Shown here: piece after piece, positions 12,335-23,690 of the stretch
Position numbering within the stretch: position 1 is the first letter of the stretch
Layout of the letters: every line of letters begins with the position of its first letter
NCBI RefSeq assembly: GCF_001194135.2
Contig: NC_068987.1
Span: forward strand, 71,031,732-71,076,133
Direction of reading: 5' to 3'
Origin: Octopus bimaculoides
Lineage: Eukaryota
DNA length: 44,402 nucleotides
Notes under the pieces: generated by a model
What the model saw: the letters and a program-made list of their open reading frames with translations, nothing else
What the model was told of the DNA's origin: nothing
The model's database searches: none
Translations under genes and position numbers: made by a program

Positions 12335-13600
12335 ATGCATTCTGGGACAAAAAGTCCCGCCTTTTAGATTAAGATTAATGATAAAATTAACAGCAAACTT
12401 CTTTTCCCTCATGCTAAAACCCAAAGTATTTCTTAAAGCAATCTGTTCTCTAAGTTTTCAGAAAAAGGTCACATTACGAGGAGAGGCTGAAATGTTCTGC
12501 TTAAGGGTATTGCGGATGTATTGGTTCAAGTCCTAGCCTTCTGAATTCTTTTTACGGGGCTTAGAATAAATGAAGGATTGCTGTGTGTGAATCTGAGTGG
12601 TGAATATATTGAATAGATCATAATTAACTGATCTTCTTGTATTTTCGTTTACCCAAAACCGGGGACTTTTCAGTACCCTCTCGTATATTTCCCCTCACTT
12701 TTCATTATATACTACCATCATGTTTTCGGTAAACAGCTGATACATGAAGCGTTAAACTCTTTAAGTTTTAAAGCAAAGAAATATTTTATATCACTCTTTA
12801 AATCTGCACAAATTATGAAGAGTTTTCCCTTTTAACAATGTTGCAATGATTTGAGAAGATGATATTGAGATGAAGCATCTCTTCCATATTTTGTGTCAGA
12901 ATCTTTATCTGCATGACTTGCACATATGTGATCTCGCCTTATCATTTATCCCAAGATGTGCGCTCTTCCTGCAAATTTTTGGGCAATACCTCCAGTTGAC
13001 GATATTTCGCTGTGTAACGGTTTTACTTACCTTGGCTTGTCATGATAGACGGCACCATTCTTATCCCACCAAACAGAGTATAAGTAATTTTGGTTGGAGT
13101 CCTAGTTTCGGGATGGATTCTGATTTTCCATTGGATGCTAGCCATTGTTATTTTCGTTTGATACGATGATAGTGAATCCACCTATAATCCCTTACAATTT
13201 ATATAGTCCGTAAATGCTTGGTAGCAATTCTATTCCTTATGACAAGCAGAGTGAAACACATTTATTAACCTGTTAAGCAGTCGGATGATTAAAAAACTGC
13301 AAAGCAAACATAGTGCTTTGTTCCTGAATGAAATTGTGACTTGAATTGAACTGTTTTGCGAATTCCCGTGCAGTTTGCTTTACATTATCTTGAGAAAGAA
13401 TATTCAAAATCTCAATTTTGACAGAACGTCGCCTGATCGAGGAGAATCGGCGGGAGAAAAGTTACCCGAGTAAAACTGGAGACACAATAGTTGACATATA
13501 CAAACACCCCAGAACTTCATTTCCATAATCAGAACCTAAGTCATTTCCATTTCAACTGTTGAAGAGATACACTTGAATTCAGAGAGTATGCTATGCCTGG
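12335..13600 (-). mobile_element. Highly decayed mariner transposase relic
   Basis: Frameshifted translation gives SGNFSPADSPRSG..., IVRDYRWIHYHRIKRK*QWLASNGKS..PKLGLQPK..LC/WWDKNGAVYH, DKARSH, YHLLKSLQH and FFALKLKEF...GKY. These match the mariner motifs IVTGDEKWIYY, MLCVWWD, DNARPH, YHLFRSL and GKY. Confidence 0.75.
12477..12683. mobile_element. Old mariner-type MITE nested at the 3' end of the mariner relic
   Basis: TA-cgaggagaggctgaaatgttc ... ggacttttcagtaccctctcg-TA: imperfect terminal inverted repeats with TA on both sides. Confidence 0.55.
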
Positions 13601-13803
13601 TATTTTGAAAGAGTAAAATCGATACAATTTTAGCATCTATAGCATGAAGTAATCAGCAAAGATAGCAAAAAAAATTTTAATGTAGAAAATCGTAAGTATT
13701 GAAAAAATAATCATTTCAAAATTTTGTTTGGACATTCTTTTCTAAGTAATACACACACAAACAAACACACTAACACACATGCACACGCACACACACGCAC
13801 ACA

Positions 13804-13853
<50 letters not shown>

Positions 13854-14360
13854 AAAAAAAACACACCTCAATCCAATCCTAATACAATACGACTTACATC
13901 TTTCCGCATTTTTACAATTTTACAGGATTACATGTACTTTCAGGTTTTATAACAATCTTATGATAACAGTAACATTAACAAACATCTAATGCGCTTCATA
14001 TTTGACAACTTAAGTTAAATGAATGAATTTGCAACTATAAACTATAATGCTTGTAACGATTCCATAGCTGTGATATGGAAGATTTTTACAGTGTTTCCTT
14101 CGTTCAAATAAACACTGAAGTATGTAGATATTAGCAAGTCTAAAGTATCAGAGAGGAAGAGCTTGCACTTCAAATGATGGTATTACAAGAATGAAAGACG
14201 TCTGTTATGCTAAGCAGTGATCGGTACGTAATTTGGAACTGACGTGTAAAGCGATGTAATAAGGATTTAAAGGTGATACATAGAATTTAGATGGATAATT
14301 TGTGAAGAAATTGTTAGATGTTAGAAATTATGAAGTAATGGATTATATCACGTGAGGGTT

Positions 14361-14405
<45 letters not shown>

Positions 14406-14650
14406 NNNNNNNNNNNNNNNNNNNNNNNNNNNNNNNNNNNNNNNNNNNNNNNNNNNNNNNNNNNNNNNNNNNNNNNNNNNNNNNNNNNNNNNNNNNNNNN
14501 NNNNNNNNNNNNNNNNNNNNNNNNNNNNNNNNNNNNNNNNNNNNNNNNNNNNNNNNNNNNNNNNNNNNNNNNNNNNNNNNNNNNNNNNNNNNNNNNNNNN
14601 NNNNNNNNNNNNGCGTGTGTGTATGAGAGAGAGAGCGAACGAGAGAGAGG

Positions 14651-14688
<38 letters not shown>

Positions 14689-15221
14689 AAGAGAGAGAGA
14701 GCGTATGTTTCTATGTAAATGTGCATATATCAAATCCAGCACGTGATTCAAAACTTTCTGGTCCTTATTTTCGTTCTAGTTCTGGTTCCAGTCAGTCTGA
14801 TTTTTTTTCTTGATTCAGTCCCTGCAATAGACTCCTTTTGCATTTAAGCAAATTTGCTGTTAATTTTATAAATCTCTTAACTATAAGTATCTCTATATTG
14901 TTAACAAACTGTACAACTAATTACTTCTGTTAAACCACACTGATTTGCAGAGAATGGTGTATTGCATATCCATTCTTGTACAGTAATGTCCATACGACAG
15001 CGGCGTTGATACATCACACTTTTAGCAGTGAAGTGTTTTCCACAGATTTCACTGGTAATTATTACATCTAATACTAGTGGTATATTAACAGTATATTAGT
15101 CACATTTCAGATACCAGCAAAGTACACAACAGACCATAGATATAGACAAGATTAAAGATGTGACACTGAAATTTAGCGTATTTCTGCCTCAAGAGTACAG
15201 AGACTTATATACAATTATAAG

Positions 15222-15480
15222 GGGTATCCAAGTTTAAAACTGGTGTGACGAAATGTGGGCTATGGGAAAGATGGGCGAATAGGTTTAGCATGTTTAGATG
15301 TCACAGATGGTCTTTAGTTTACTCTCATCAGAGTCACTTATCTCTTTTCCCAATTTACTTCCGACGGCAATCTAGTCTGGCTACTTTTTTGGTAGCTGAC
15401 CTTACATATAGAGAAAGTATTATTGTTCCCTTGCTATCGAACAAACATTTGAAATGTTTTCCCTTGCATCTTTTACATAG
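15222..15480 (-). mobile_element. Possible very old Tc1-like remnant
   Basis: The minus strand gives KKVARLDCRRK..WEKR..DSDESKL, resembling the Tc1 motif (R)L.FA..H..W..V.FSDESKF. Weak match. Confidence 0.3.
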
Positions 15481-16866
15481 AAATGTTTTGCAACGATATT
15501 GTGTCACTATTATTTTGTAATACAAAGTTATCCTAGTTTCTCTTCACCTTTGCTCCTACTGACGTCGACCACTATAATAACATCTCTGCCAATAAAGAAA
15601 TCTCCGGTGACCGACGTTATTAAGGTAACATTTCCGTTCACGATTATCGTGCGAAGAAAAGGAACCAGAAACCTGTACCTCGCAATTACTAGTCCCACAA
15701 TGTGTTATTTTACATTCCCTTCCACACTATAGAATTATATCCCTAAATTACAACAAAAACCTCTTTTCAAATTAATACTACCTCCATTACTCATTTACAT
15801 TTGCTCAAGTCAGATTAACTAATCTTCTTGATCTGTGACATATTTATGACATGATTATGCTCGTTAACAGTACGATGTCGCACAAATATTAGAATAGTAT
15901 TACTGTGTTGCTCTTTACTGGTATATTCTCATACTTCTTTCATTTTTCTGTCTCTAATTTTGAAAGTTTAAACTACCCGCAAAATGAAGATTCTGGCAAT
16001 ACATTTATTTATTATCTCTCGCCGTACTGAGTACCATTAATGTTCTAATTTTGGTTATTTTATTCCTTATATAATGATATTGACTTAGTATTAATTTTCT
16101 TTCCCACATTTTATATATTTCAAATTGTTGATATCCTAACCTGAAGCGGAAAGTCGGCTCCCAATGTTATGATGGTCATCTTCCACCATCACCACCAAAA
16201 TGTTGATAAAAATTCTGCACTTAGCAAAGAGTAAAGTAGCAAGTAAAAGTACCTGACATTAATGGAATACATTTTAAGAAATTTATTTCTTTTCTCTTCC
16301 TCCAGACATTAATAAACAATTTTCAACGAAGACAAAAATTAAAAAAGACTAATAATGATTAAATAGTTCAAGTGTGTATTCAAGAGTGAATTTGAAAACA
16401 GGTCTTCATACGATAACATCCGAATGATAATAGTGATGATGGTGATGATGAGGAGGAGGGAGAGGAAGAGAATGAAAATAGTGGTCTTGGTGGTGGTTGT
16501 ATTCGTGATATTATTGGTGGCGATTGTTGATTTGTCAGAGGGGCGTCAGATAAGATGTACATTAAAAGGACAGTTTATAAATGTGTGTTATCAGTCATAG
16601 ATTGCAAAACATCATGGATTGCAAAACGTACAAATGTAACATGCATATGAATAAAGCAGACAAGGTCCAGCGAGGAATGAGAAACTTGCAGCAAGCAAAA
16701 GGGAGAGATCGGCAAATAATAGGTACATTTATAACTAGGTAATGGAATAAAATAGATAATGAGATGCAATAACAGGATAACAACAACAAATTAAGAACTA
16801 GAAAGGATACTTAAATTTAAGGAGTTCCTCCCCATTGTGTGATTCTAGGCTCAGCATGGAAAGCCC

Positions 16867-16993
16867 TAGATATTCACTGAAACTCTCTATAGAAACTCTG
16901 TATAGAACCACATAATATACAACCATCTAGATATTCACTGAAACTCTATAGGAATACTCTATAGAACCACATAGAAACTCGTTATAGAACCAA
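16867..16993 (+). repeat. Short minisatellite: two ~60-bp units built on an atagaaactct subunit
   Basis: ctagatattcactgaaactct...tatagaaccacata occurs twice. Confidence 0.8.
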
Positions 16994-17374
16994 GTTTGCA
17001 ATTCAATAATTTCGGCATTTCCACCTACATTACGTGAAATTTACCGACTGGTATCCCTTCTTTACTGATTTTTTACTCGTATTAGATGATGTTGATGTCA
17101 CCAGAGGAAACAAAATTATCCTCAACAATTTTAAGTACGTTCAGCAAATGAATTCCTCCATTCAACACACCAGACAGTAGAAGATGATAGATTCTTCGCC
17201 TCTAACGAAAACGAAGTGGTAATCAAACTTCGCAGTAGACTAGGTTGATAATCGAATGACTCACGCTCACGATAATATTTGTCCGATGGAATCTTACACC
17301 TCGGGAATGCAAAACACTAAACATTTGGGTGCCGGTTAGTTTCATCAATCTGCGTATGTCTTGAAAAATAGCAT

Positions 17375-17570
17375 CGGCAACAACAGCAGCAGCAGCAGCA
17401 ACAGTAGTAGGTGAAGAAAAAGAAGAAGAAAAAGAAGAAGAAGAAGAAGAAGAAGAAGAAGAAGAAGAAGAAGAAGAAGAAGAAGAAGAAGAAGAAAGAG
17501 ATGATGCTGATGATCATGATGATGATGATGATGATGATTNNNNNNNNNNGAAGAAGAAGAAGAAGAAGAA

Positions 17571-17602
<32 letters not shown>

Positions 17603-17705
17603 AGAAAGAGATGATGCTGATGATCATGATGATGATGATGATGATGATTATGAAGATGATGGTATGACAGTGATGACGACGATGACGACGACGACGACGA
17701 TGATG
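17375..17705. repeat. (CAG)/(GAA)n/(GAT)n compound microsatellite spanning a 10-N gap
   Basis: Read directly. The block aagaaagagatgatgctgatgatcatgatg appears on both sides of the gap, so this may be an assembly duplication. Confidence 0.9.
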
Positions 17706-17951
17706 ATTAAGATGTGATATCATGCTAAAGTACAGGAAGCGTGTAAAATATGTCAATTAAATTTGAAAAATAACAGCACCAACGGAGGAAAGATAACAAG
17801 AAATTGAAAAGTTGAAAAAAGGGAGTAGGTAAAAGCAGGACAATGAACACTAGGGATCTGGGAGGAAATTAACAATAAGAATTTTAAAAAATGAAACAAA
17901 AATTATTTTTCTGTTGCGATATTTATGCTGACGAGAATACTGGATTATAAG

Positions 17952-17997
<46 letters not shown>

Positions 17998-18669
17998 GAA
18001 AAAATGCATTACAACTCTAAGTGCTTTCAAAAATTTTATTTAATCAATCTCAATACTTTTTAGGTTGTGATAGATAATGATATCGGTAGCCGACGGTAGA
18101 ATTTTTATTACAATTTATTGAAGTCGTTTTTTATAAGGTGGAATACGCTATGTAACTCATCTATGTCACGTTGTCTTCTCTATTTATGATAGAAAAACAG
18201 ATGAAAACTGCTGAACGTTTATAGGGTTTTGGACATAATTAAATTAATATAAATTGTTTTCACTTATCGTTGTAGTAGATTTCATAGCAATATGATTCTC
18301 AACTTACGTTAAGTGGGAAAATAACCACGGAAATGTCTTTTCTCTGATAAATCTTATTAGGAAAAAACCCCAGTCATCACAAAATAAGTTGTTTTTTTAT
18401 TTTTTAAAAAAAGGAGGAAATGAAAAAAAAACAGTACGTTCCCACAAATATATAGGAAGGGTAAAAAAAAGCCCAGTCTAGTTTCGTGTTGTTAAGCTCC
18501 TATCAGTGTTCGCTTAGGAAGAATTTAACGTCTTATTAAAGACTACGGTATCGCTTGCTTAAAATAGCGATTTACCGTTAGAATATCGAGATGACAAAAC
18601 TGATTATAATTTTGACAGAAGAACAGAATACAGAATCTTTTAGGAGGGGGTATTAGTAATTTACATGAT

Positions 18670-19140
18670 TCTTGCTCAAAGTGATGGACCCAAGTCTCTT
18701 CCCTCGTGACTCTTCTCTCCCAAAAAGCTTCGTATTCATCGTTGTATCACTGGTCAAATTTGAGAGAGCCTCATATGATTGCGCTTACGTACGTCGATAA
18801 GCGCTCTACGCACCCATCTTGCACAAACTTTACGGAAGCAAAGATTGTCTTGGATCATTTCGTATGTTGAGTAATGACCCATCTGCAGAGAACATGCCAC
18901 TTCATCGATAGTCATACGTTGGTTTATTAGCACCATCTCTTGACCTTGCTAAACTTACATGTCAGTGGCGGAGGGAGGTGGGTGCCCTGCTCCGTCTTTG
19001 TGCTTCACATTTTTTCCGGCCATTTTTAAACTTCTCGATTTACTCACACATACCTCTACGTGATTGCGCGCTTTCGCTCTATTGTTCAGTAATACTACGC
19101 TGAAATTTCAGCCACTGGCATTCTTACAGACGAGAGAAAT
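18670..19140 (-). mobile_element. Mariner transposase relic (N-terminal/HTH region to first catalytic D)
   Basis: EMVLINQRMTIDEVACSLQMGHYSTYEMIQDNLCFRKVCARWVRRAL matches the mariner RKVCARWVPR.L motif. Confidence 0.8.
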
Positions 19141-19394
19141 TAGATCACTAATCTCTGTTATATAAATATAAGATCCAAGGATTGAGATTTAGGAAGAAAG
19201 TTAGCTTCAAGCAATCTGTAGTAAGCAAAAAACACAACTTTCAGGGACGATAGTAACTTATTGAGATGAAAGGTTGTGGATGTTTTTATCATCGAAGTAC
19301 GATAAATTGGAAAAAGTTATTTTTATATTTCACAATAGGCAACTAGGGTTGCCGAGTATGCGAACAAGAATACAAGAGTTACAGAATGGAGTAC

Positions 19395-19535
19395 ATAAGA
19401 TCCGGGTTATATTGTTTCACAGCGAGTAAAACCTCGTAAGTGGTAAATATCCAATCGTGGCCTGTAGAGTAGCCTGCGGTGAACACCACTTCCGAGGTTC
19501 CGCTCACAATAAAACATATGTAGCCCGGATCTTAT
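19395..19535. mobile_element. 141-bp foldback element (about 50-bp arms, 40/51 matches, TA at both ends) containing a decayed hammerhead motif
   Basis: ataagatccgggttatattgtttcacagcgagtaaaacctcgtaagtggt vs the reverse complement of the right arm, ataagatccgggctacatatgttttattgtgagcggaacctcggaagtggt. Confidence 0.8.
19459..19525 (+). ncRNA. Degenerate minimal type I hammerhead ribozyme
   Basis: GGC-CTGTAGA-(stem II, GCGG..CCGC)-AAAAC-ATAT-GTA-GCC. Stem I has 3 bp and ACATATGT is palindromic. Two core substitutions (A6>U, G12>A); the opposite arm retains GAAAC. Confidence 0.55.
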
Positions 19536-21000
19536 CTACCCCCTTCCTCAAATCTTGTATATACATGTATGTATGTATCTATGTATATATGTATGTATAT
19601 GCATATACATATATATGTATATATACAGATAGGTAAATGGATAACGCCTTGGAATATCTGGACTTCGGGACACCTGTGAAAGAACTGATATATTAGAATG
19701 CGCTACAATGTACTCTGGCTTGTCGCTAGACTGTTACTCTTCATAGAAAACGCATAGTTTATTTACCTTATTCCAATAGCACATACAACGTTACTTATAT
19801 TTAATAAGATTGTTGAAAAATAATTGTTGAAAGTACAATTTTATATTTTAGGAATTTTTCCCACTTTTCAGTTTCATAATGCTTATATTACTTACATTGC
19901 ATCTACATACTTTGGTTCTTTGTTGTACATGTACAATTGCCTAAGTGTATAAAAATACATGCACATAGATTGATAGGTAAACATACATATGTATGTGTGT
20001 GTGCCTGTGACAGTGCGTGTATGTGTTTCTATGTGTTTATATATTTTTGTACAGACACCCATTCACACACACGTATATATATATATAATACAGACACCCA
20101 CTCACACACACGTATTTGTGTGTGATGTATACGTGGTTGCATATGTATACATATATGCCTTCTAAAATGTAATTTATACATATATATATATATATATATA
20201 NNNNNNNNNNNNNNNNNNNNNNNNNNNNNNNNNNNNNNNNNNNNNNNNNNNNNNNNNNNNNNNNNNNNNNNNNNNNNNNNNNNNNNNNNNNNNNNNNNNN
20301 NNNNNNNNNNNNNNNNNNNNNNNNNNNNNNNNNNNNNNNNNNNNNNNNNNNNNNNNNNNNNNNNNNNNNNNNNNNNNNNNNNNNNNNNNNNNNNNNNNNN
20401 NNNNNNNNNNNNNNNNNNNNNNNNNNNNNNNNNNNNNNNNNNNNNNNNNNNNNNNNNNNNNNNNNNNNNNNNNNNNNNNNNNNNNNNNNNNNNNNNNNNN
20501 NNNNNNNNNNNNNNNNNNNNNNNNNNNNNNNNNNNNNNNNNNNNNNNNNNNNNNNNNNNNNNNNNNNNNNNNNNNNNNNNNNNNNNNNNNNNNNNNNNNN
20601 NNNNNNNNNNNNNNNNNNNNNNNNNNNNNNNNNNNNNNNNNNNNNNNNNNNNNNNNNNNNNNNNNNNNNNNNNNNNNNNNNNNNNNNNNNNNNNNNNNNN
20701 NNNNNNNNNNNNNNNNNNNNNNNNNNNNNNNNNNNNNNNNNNNNNNNNNNNNNNNNNNNNNNNNNNNNNNNNNNNNNNNNNNNNNNNNNNNNNNNNNNNN
20801 NNNNNNNNNNNNNNNNNNNNNNNNNNNNNNNNNNNNNNNNNNNNNNNNNNNNNNNNNNNNNNNNNNNNNNNNNNNNNNNNNNNNNNNNNNNNNNNNNNNN
20901 NNNNNNNNNNNNNNNNNNNNNNNNNNNNNNNNNNNNNNNNNNNNNNNNNNNNNNNNNNNNNNNNNNNNNNNNNNNNNNNNNNNNNNNNNNNNNNNNNNNN

Positions 21001-21048
<48 letters not shown>

Positions 21049-21853
21049 CTTACATGCTTAATAAACGCATATATACACTCACACGCACACACACACAAAC
21101 GCACGCACATACTTATGCACTGTTAGCTTTCGACTACCAATATAGATAGTGACTACATATGCTTATGTGCTTTTTTAACTTTTTTAGTTGAATACGAATA
21201 CATGTAAGCGTGTGCGTTTAGGTGTGCTCTTGTATGTGAGTTGGTGTTTTTATGTCTTTGTTTTGTTTTTATATCATTTCTCTGTGTGTACGTACATGTT
21301 TGTGCGCGCTTGCTTTTACATTTATTTAAAGCTTCAAAGTTCACTTAAATTCATGATAATATCAGTTTTGTTTATTTACAATTTATAAAATATAATCATT
21401 ATATATTTAGCTGCGAACATATTAAATGTCAAATATATATTCCATGTATGTTTTGAGAAATATATCAAAGCTTTATTTATTTATTGAAAATATTTGCACA
21501 AATCGTTCACATTAAAAGACATCGCAGAATAACATTAAATATTACTATCTTTCAAACTCTGTGGTAATTCAATTTAGGATTTATCGAAAATTTATAATTA
21601 ACTTCACATCATACTTAAGCTGTTGTAATTTCATTCGCAAACGTCACCGAACGCGAAAATGCTATCGAGGAGCATTTGATGAAAAGGCGCAGTGAGATGA
21701 TATCTAAAACGAAACAGATTTACACACACACATCAGTAAAAATGTTTAGGTGCGTCTGTGGTAAGAAGTTCGCTTCTCAATTATATAGTTCAGAGTTCGG
21801 TCCCACTGCATACCGCCAATGGTGTGTGTGTGTGTGTGTGTGTNNNNNNNNNN

Positions 21854-21890
<37 letters not shown>

Positions 21891-22149
21891 TGCGTGTGTG
21901 TGTGTGTGTGCGTGTGTGTGTGTGTTAGTTGAATGGCCTTTCACACATACACACACCTCCTCTTGCATCAAGATATCTTGGTGGATCTTTTTAGACACTG
22001 TCACAAACATATGTGCTAAACACACACCACCAACACCTTTGAAGAAAATTAAGTGCAGAATTCCCCAAATCACAAAAATGATTATGAGAAAAATAAAAAG
22101 TACAAACAAAAAGTTAACAAACTAAAATACTGCCAACAGCCACACATAA

Positions 22150-23485
22150 ATTCGACTGCTATCAGCCTGCTCGAATAAAAGAAATATAACCTCCAACGAT
22201 GCATGAAAACCATCATCAATAATCAAACACAGCTGAGGAGAAATGGACTCTTGGTAAAATCAAACTCCACCTCGAACTTTCTACTATTTTGTGTAAAAAC
22301 ACTGTTGGCCCTCTAATTGGTGAAAATGGCTATCTCCAAGATAATGCCAAAACCATGAGTGAGATACTGCAGAAACAGTACTGCTCTGTTTTTTTTTTTT
22401 GCAATTCTGATGTAACTGCATCAATGATGTTAATCCTCAACGCACTATATCGGTCATAACGTTTGGCACCCCTGATGTTTTAGCAGCAATAAACGAAATT
22501 AAACACAGTTCAGCAGTAGGCTCTGATAGGTTCCCGGCTTGTGTCCTGAAGATGTGTCGACACCAACTTGCATCTCCACTTGTTAATCTTTGGAGGAAAT
22601 CACAGGATGCTGGTTACATTCCTGAAAACTTTCTGTCCCAGTCTGTTGTCCCAGTTTTCAAAACGGGACACAAGTCCCTTGCAGTGAACTACCGGCCGTT
22701 CTCGTCCACCTCTCTAATCATCAAGCTATTTCAGAAAGTGGTGAGATTACGGATAACCCACTTCCTTACTGAGCCCCAACCAACATGGGTTCCGTAATGG
22801 AAGGAACTGCCTAACGCAGATCCTACATCATCCCGATGACATTTTGAGAGCTTTGAGAATGGTCTCGAATACAGGTGTCATCTACCTTGGTTTCAACAAC
22901 ATATTTGACAGGGTGGGTCATAAGATCCTCTTAAAAAAACTATCCAACATTGGTGTCTCTGGAAAGTTTTCCTGACCGGCAGAAGCCAAGTGGAAGAAGT
23001 AGAATCAGGCCCAGCCAAATTCAATAGTGGTGTTCCACAAGGTACTATTTTCGGGCCCACTTCTTTTTCATCATCTACATCAATGACATTACTGACATCA
23101 TCAAGCACAGTAACATAAGAACCTTTGCAGAAGATTCCAAGATCCAGAAGGTCATCAATGAAGTGGGTGACCGGGCATTCCTTTTGTCAGATCTACTGGC
23201 TGTCATCCAATGGGCGGAAAAAAATAATACGCTGCTGAACGAAGACAAATTTGAATTAATCCACTTCGAAAAAGAGGATATCCTGAAACTCGCATACTCC
23301 TTTCCTCTCATGGCATCCAACAACACCAGAGACTTGGGCGTGATTGTGGACACCATAAGCTGGGCCGCTCATATAAACAGCAAAGTTGACATGGCCCACA
23401 GAATGTGTTCCTGAATTCTCAAAACTTACCGGTCGAGAGCTATCCACACCATTATCCTTCTCTTCTCTACTCTTGCCTAAACCCA
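22150..23485 (+). mobile_element. CR1/L2-group LINE reverse transcriptase fragment (pseudogene)
   Basis: AVGSDRFPACVLKMC..., VVPVFKTGHKSLAVNYRPFSSTSLIIKLFQKVV, DRVGHKILLKKL, SGVPQGTIFGP..IYINDI, FAEDSK (FADD), DLLAVIQWAEKNNTLLNEDKF. Many frameshifts. Confidence 0.92.
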
Positions 23486-23487
23486 CA

Positions 23488-23690
23488 CGATGCAGACTTG
23501 GTGGAGTTAAAACCGAAGATATTACCTACATCGTAAAGAATTGAACCAAAATGTCATCGCATTATTGTCTACCAATGAGACATGATGTTGTTGCCAAAGC
23601 AATGTATAATACGTTCCTTCGGAAGGATAATATTGAGGCCAAAGAAATAAGAATCCACAGTATGGTAGAGGCCATAGCTGCACATTATAT
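23488..23690 (+). mobile_element. R4/Dong-like (RLE-type) non-LTR retrotransposon C-terminal zinc-knuckle fragment
   Basis: RCRLGGVKTEDITYIVKN*TKMSSHYCLPMRHDVVAKAMYN is a decayed C-x2-C-x8-H-x4-C knuckle followed by RHD.VAK. Confidence 0.7.

Noticed and set aside
13031-13181. Apparent 151-bp minus-strand exon with tatag| acceptor and |gtaagt donor (VDSLSSYQTK...IMTSQG)
   Set aside because: Another frame of the same strand gives mariner motifs (WIHYHRIKRK, LC/WWD), continuous with flanking transposase remnants. The open frame is incidental.
15530-15700. Minus-strand frame with a VWA-like DVSRS (DxSxS) motif
   Set aside because: Short, several frames are open on both strands, it lacks convincing splice sites, and it lies next to a possible Tc1 remnant.
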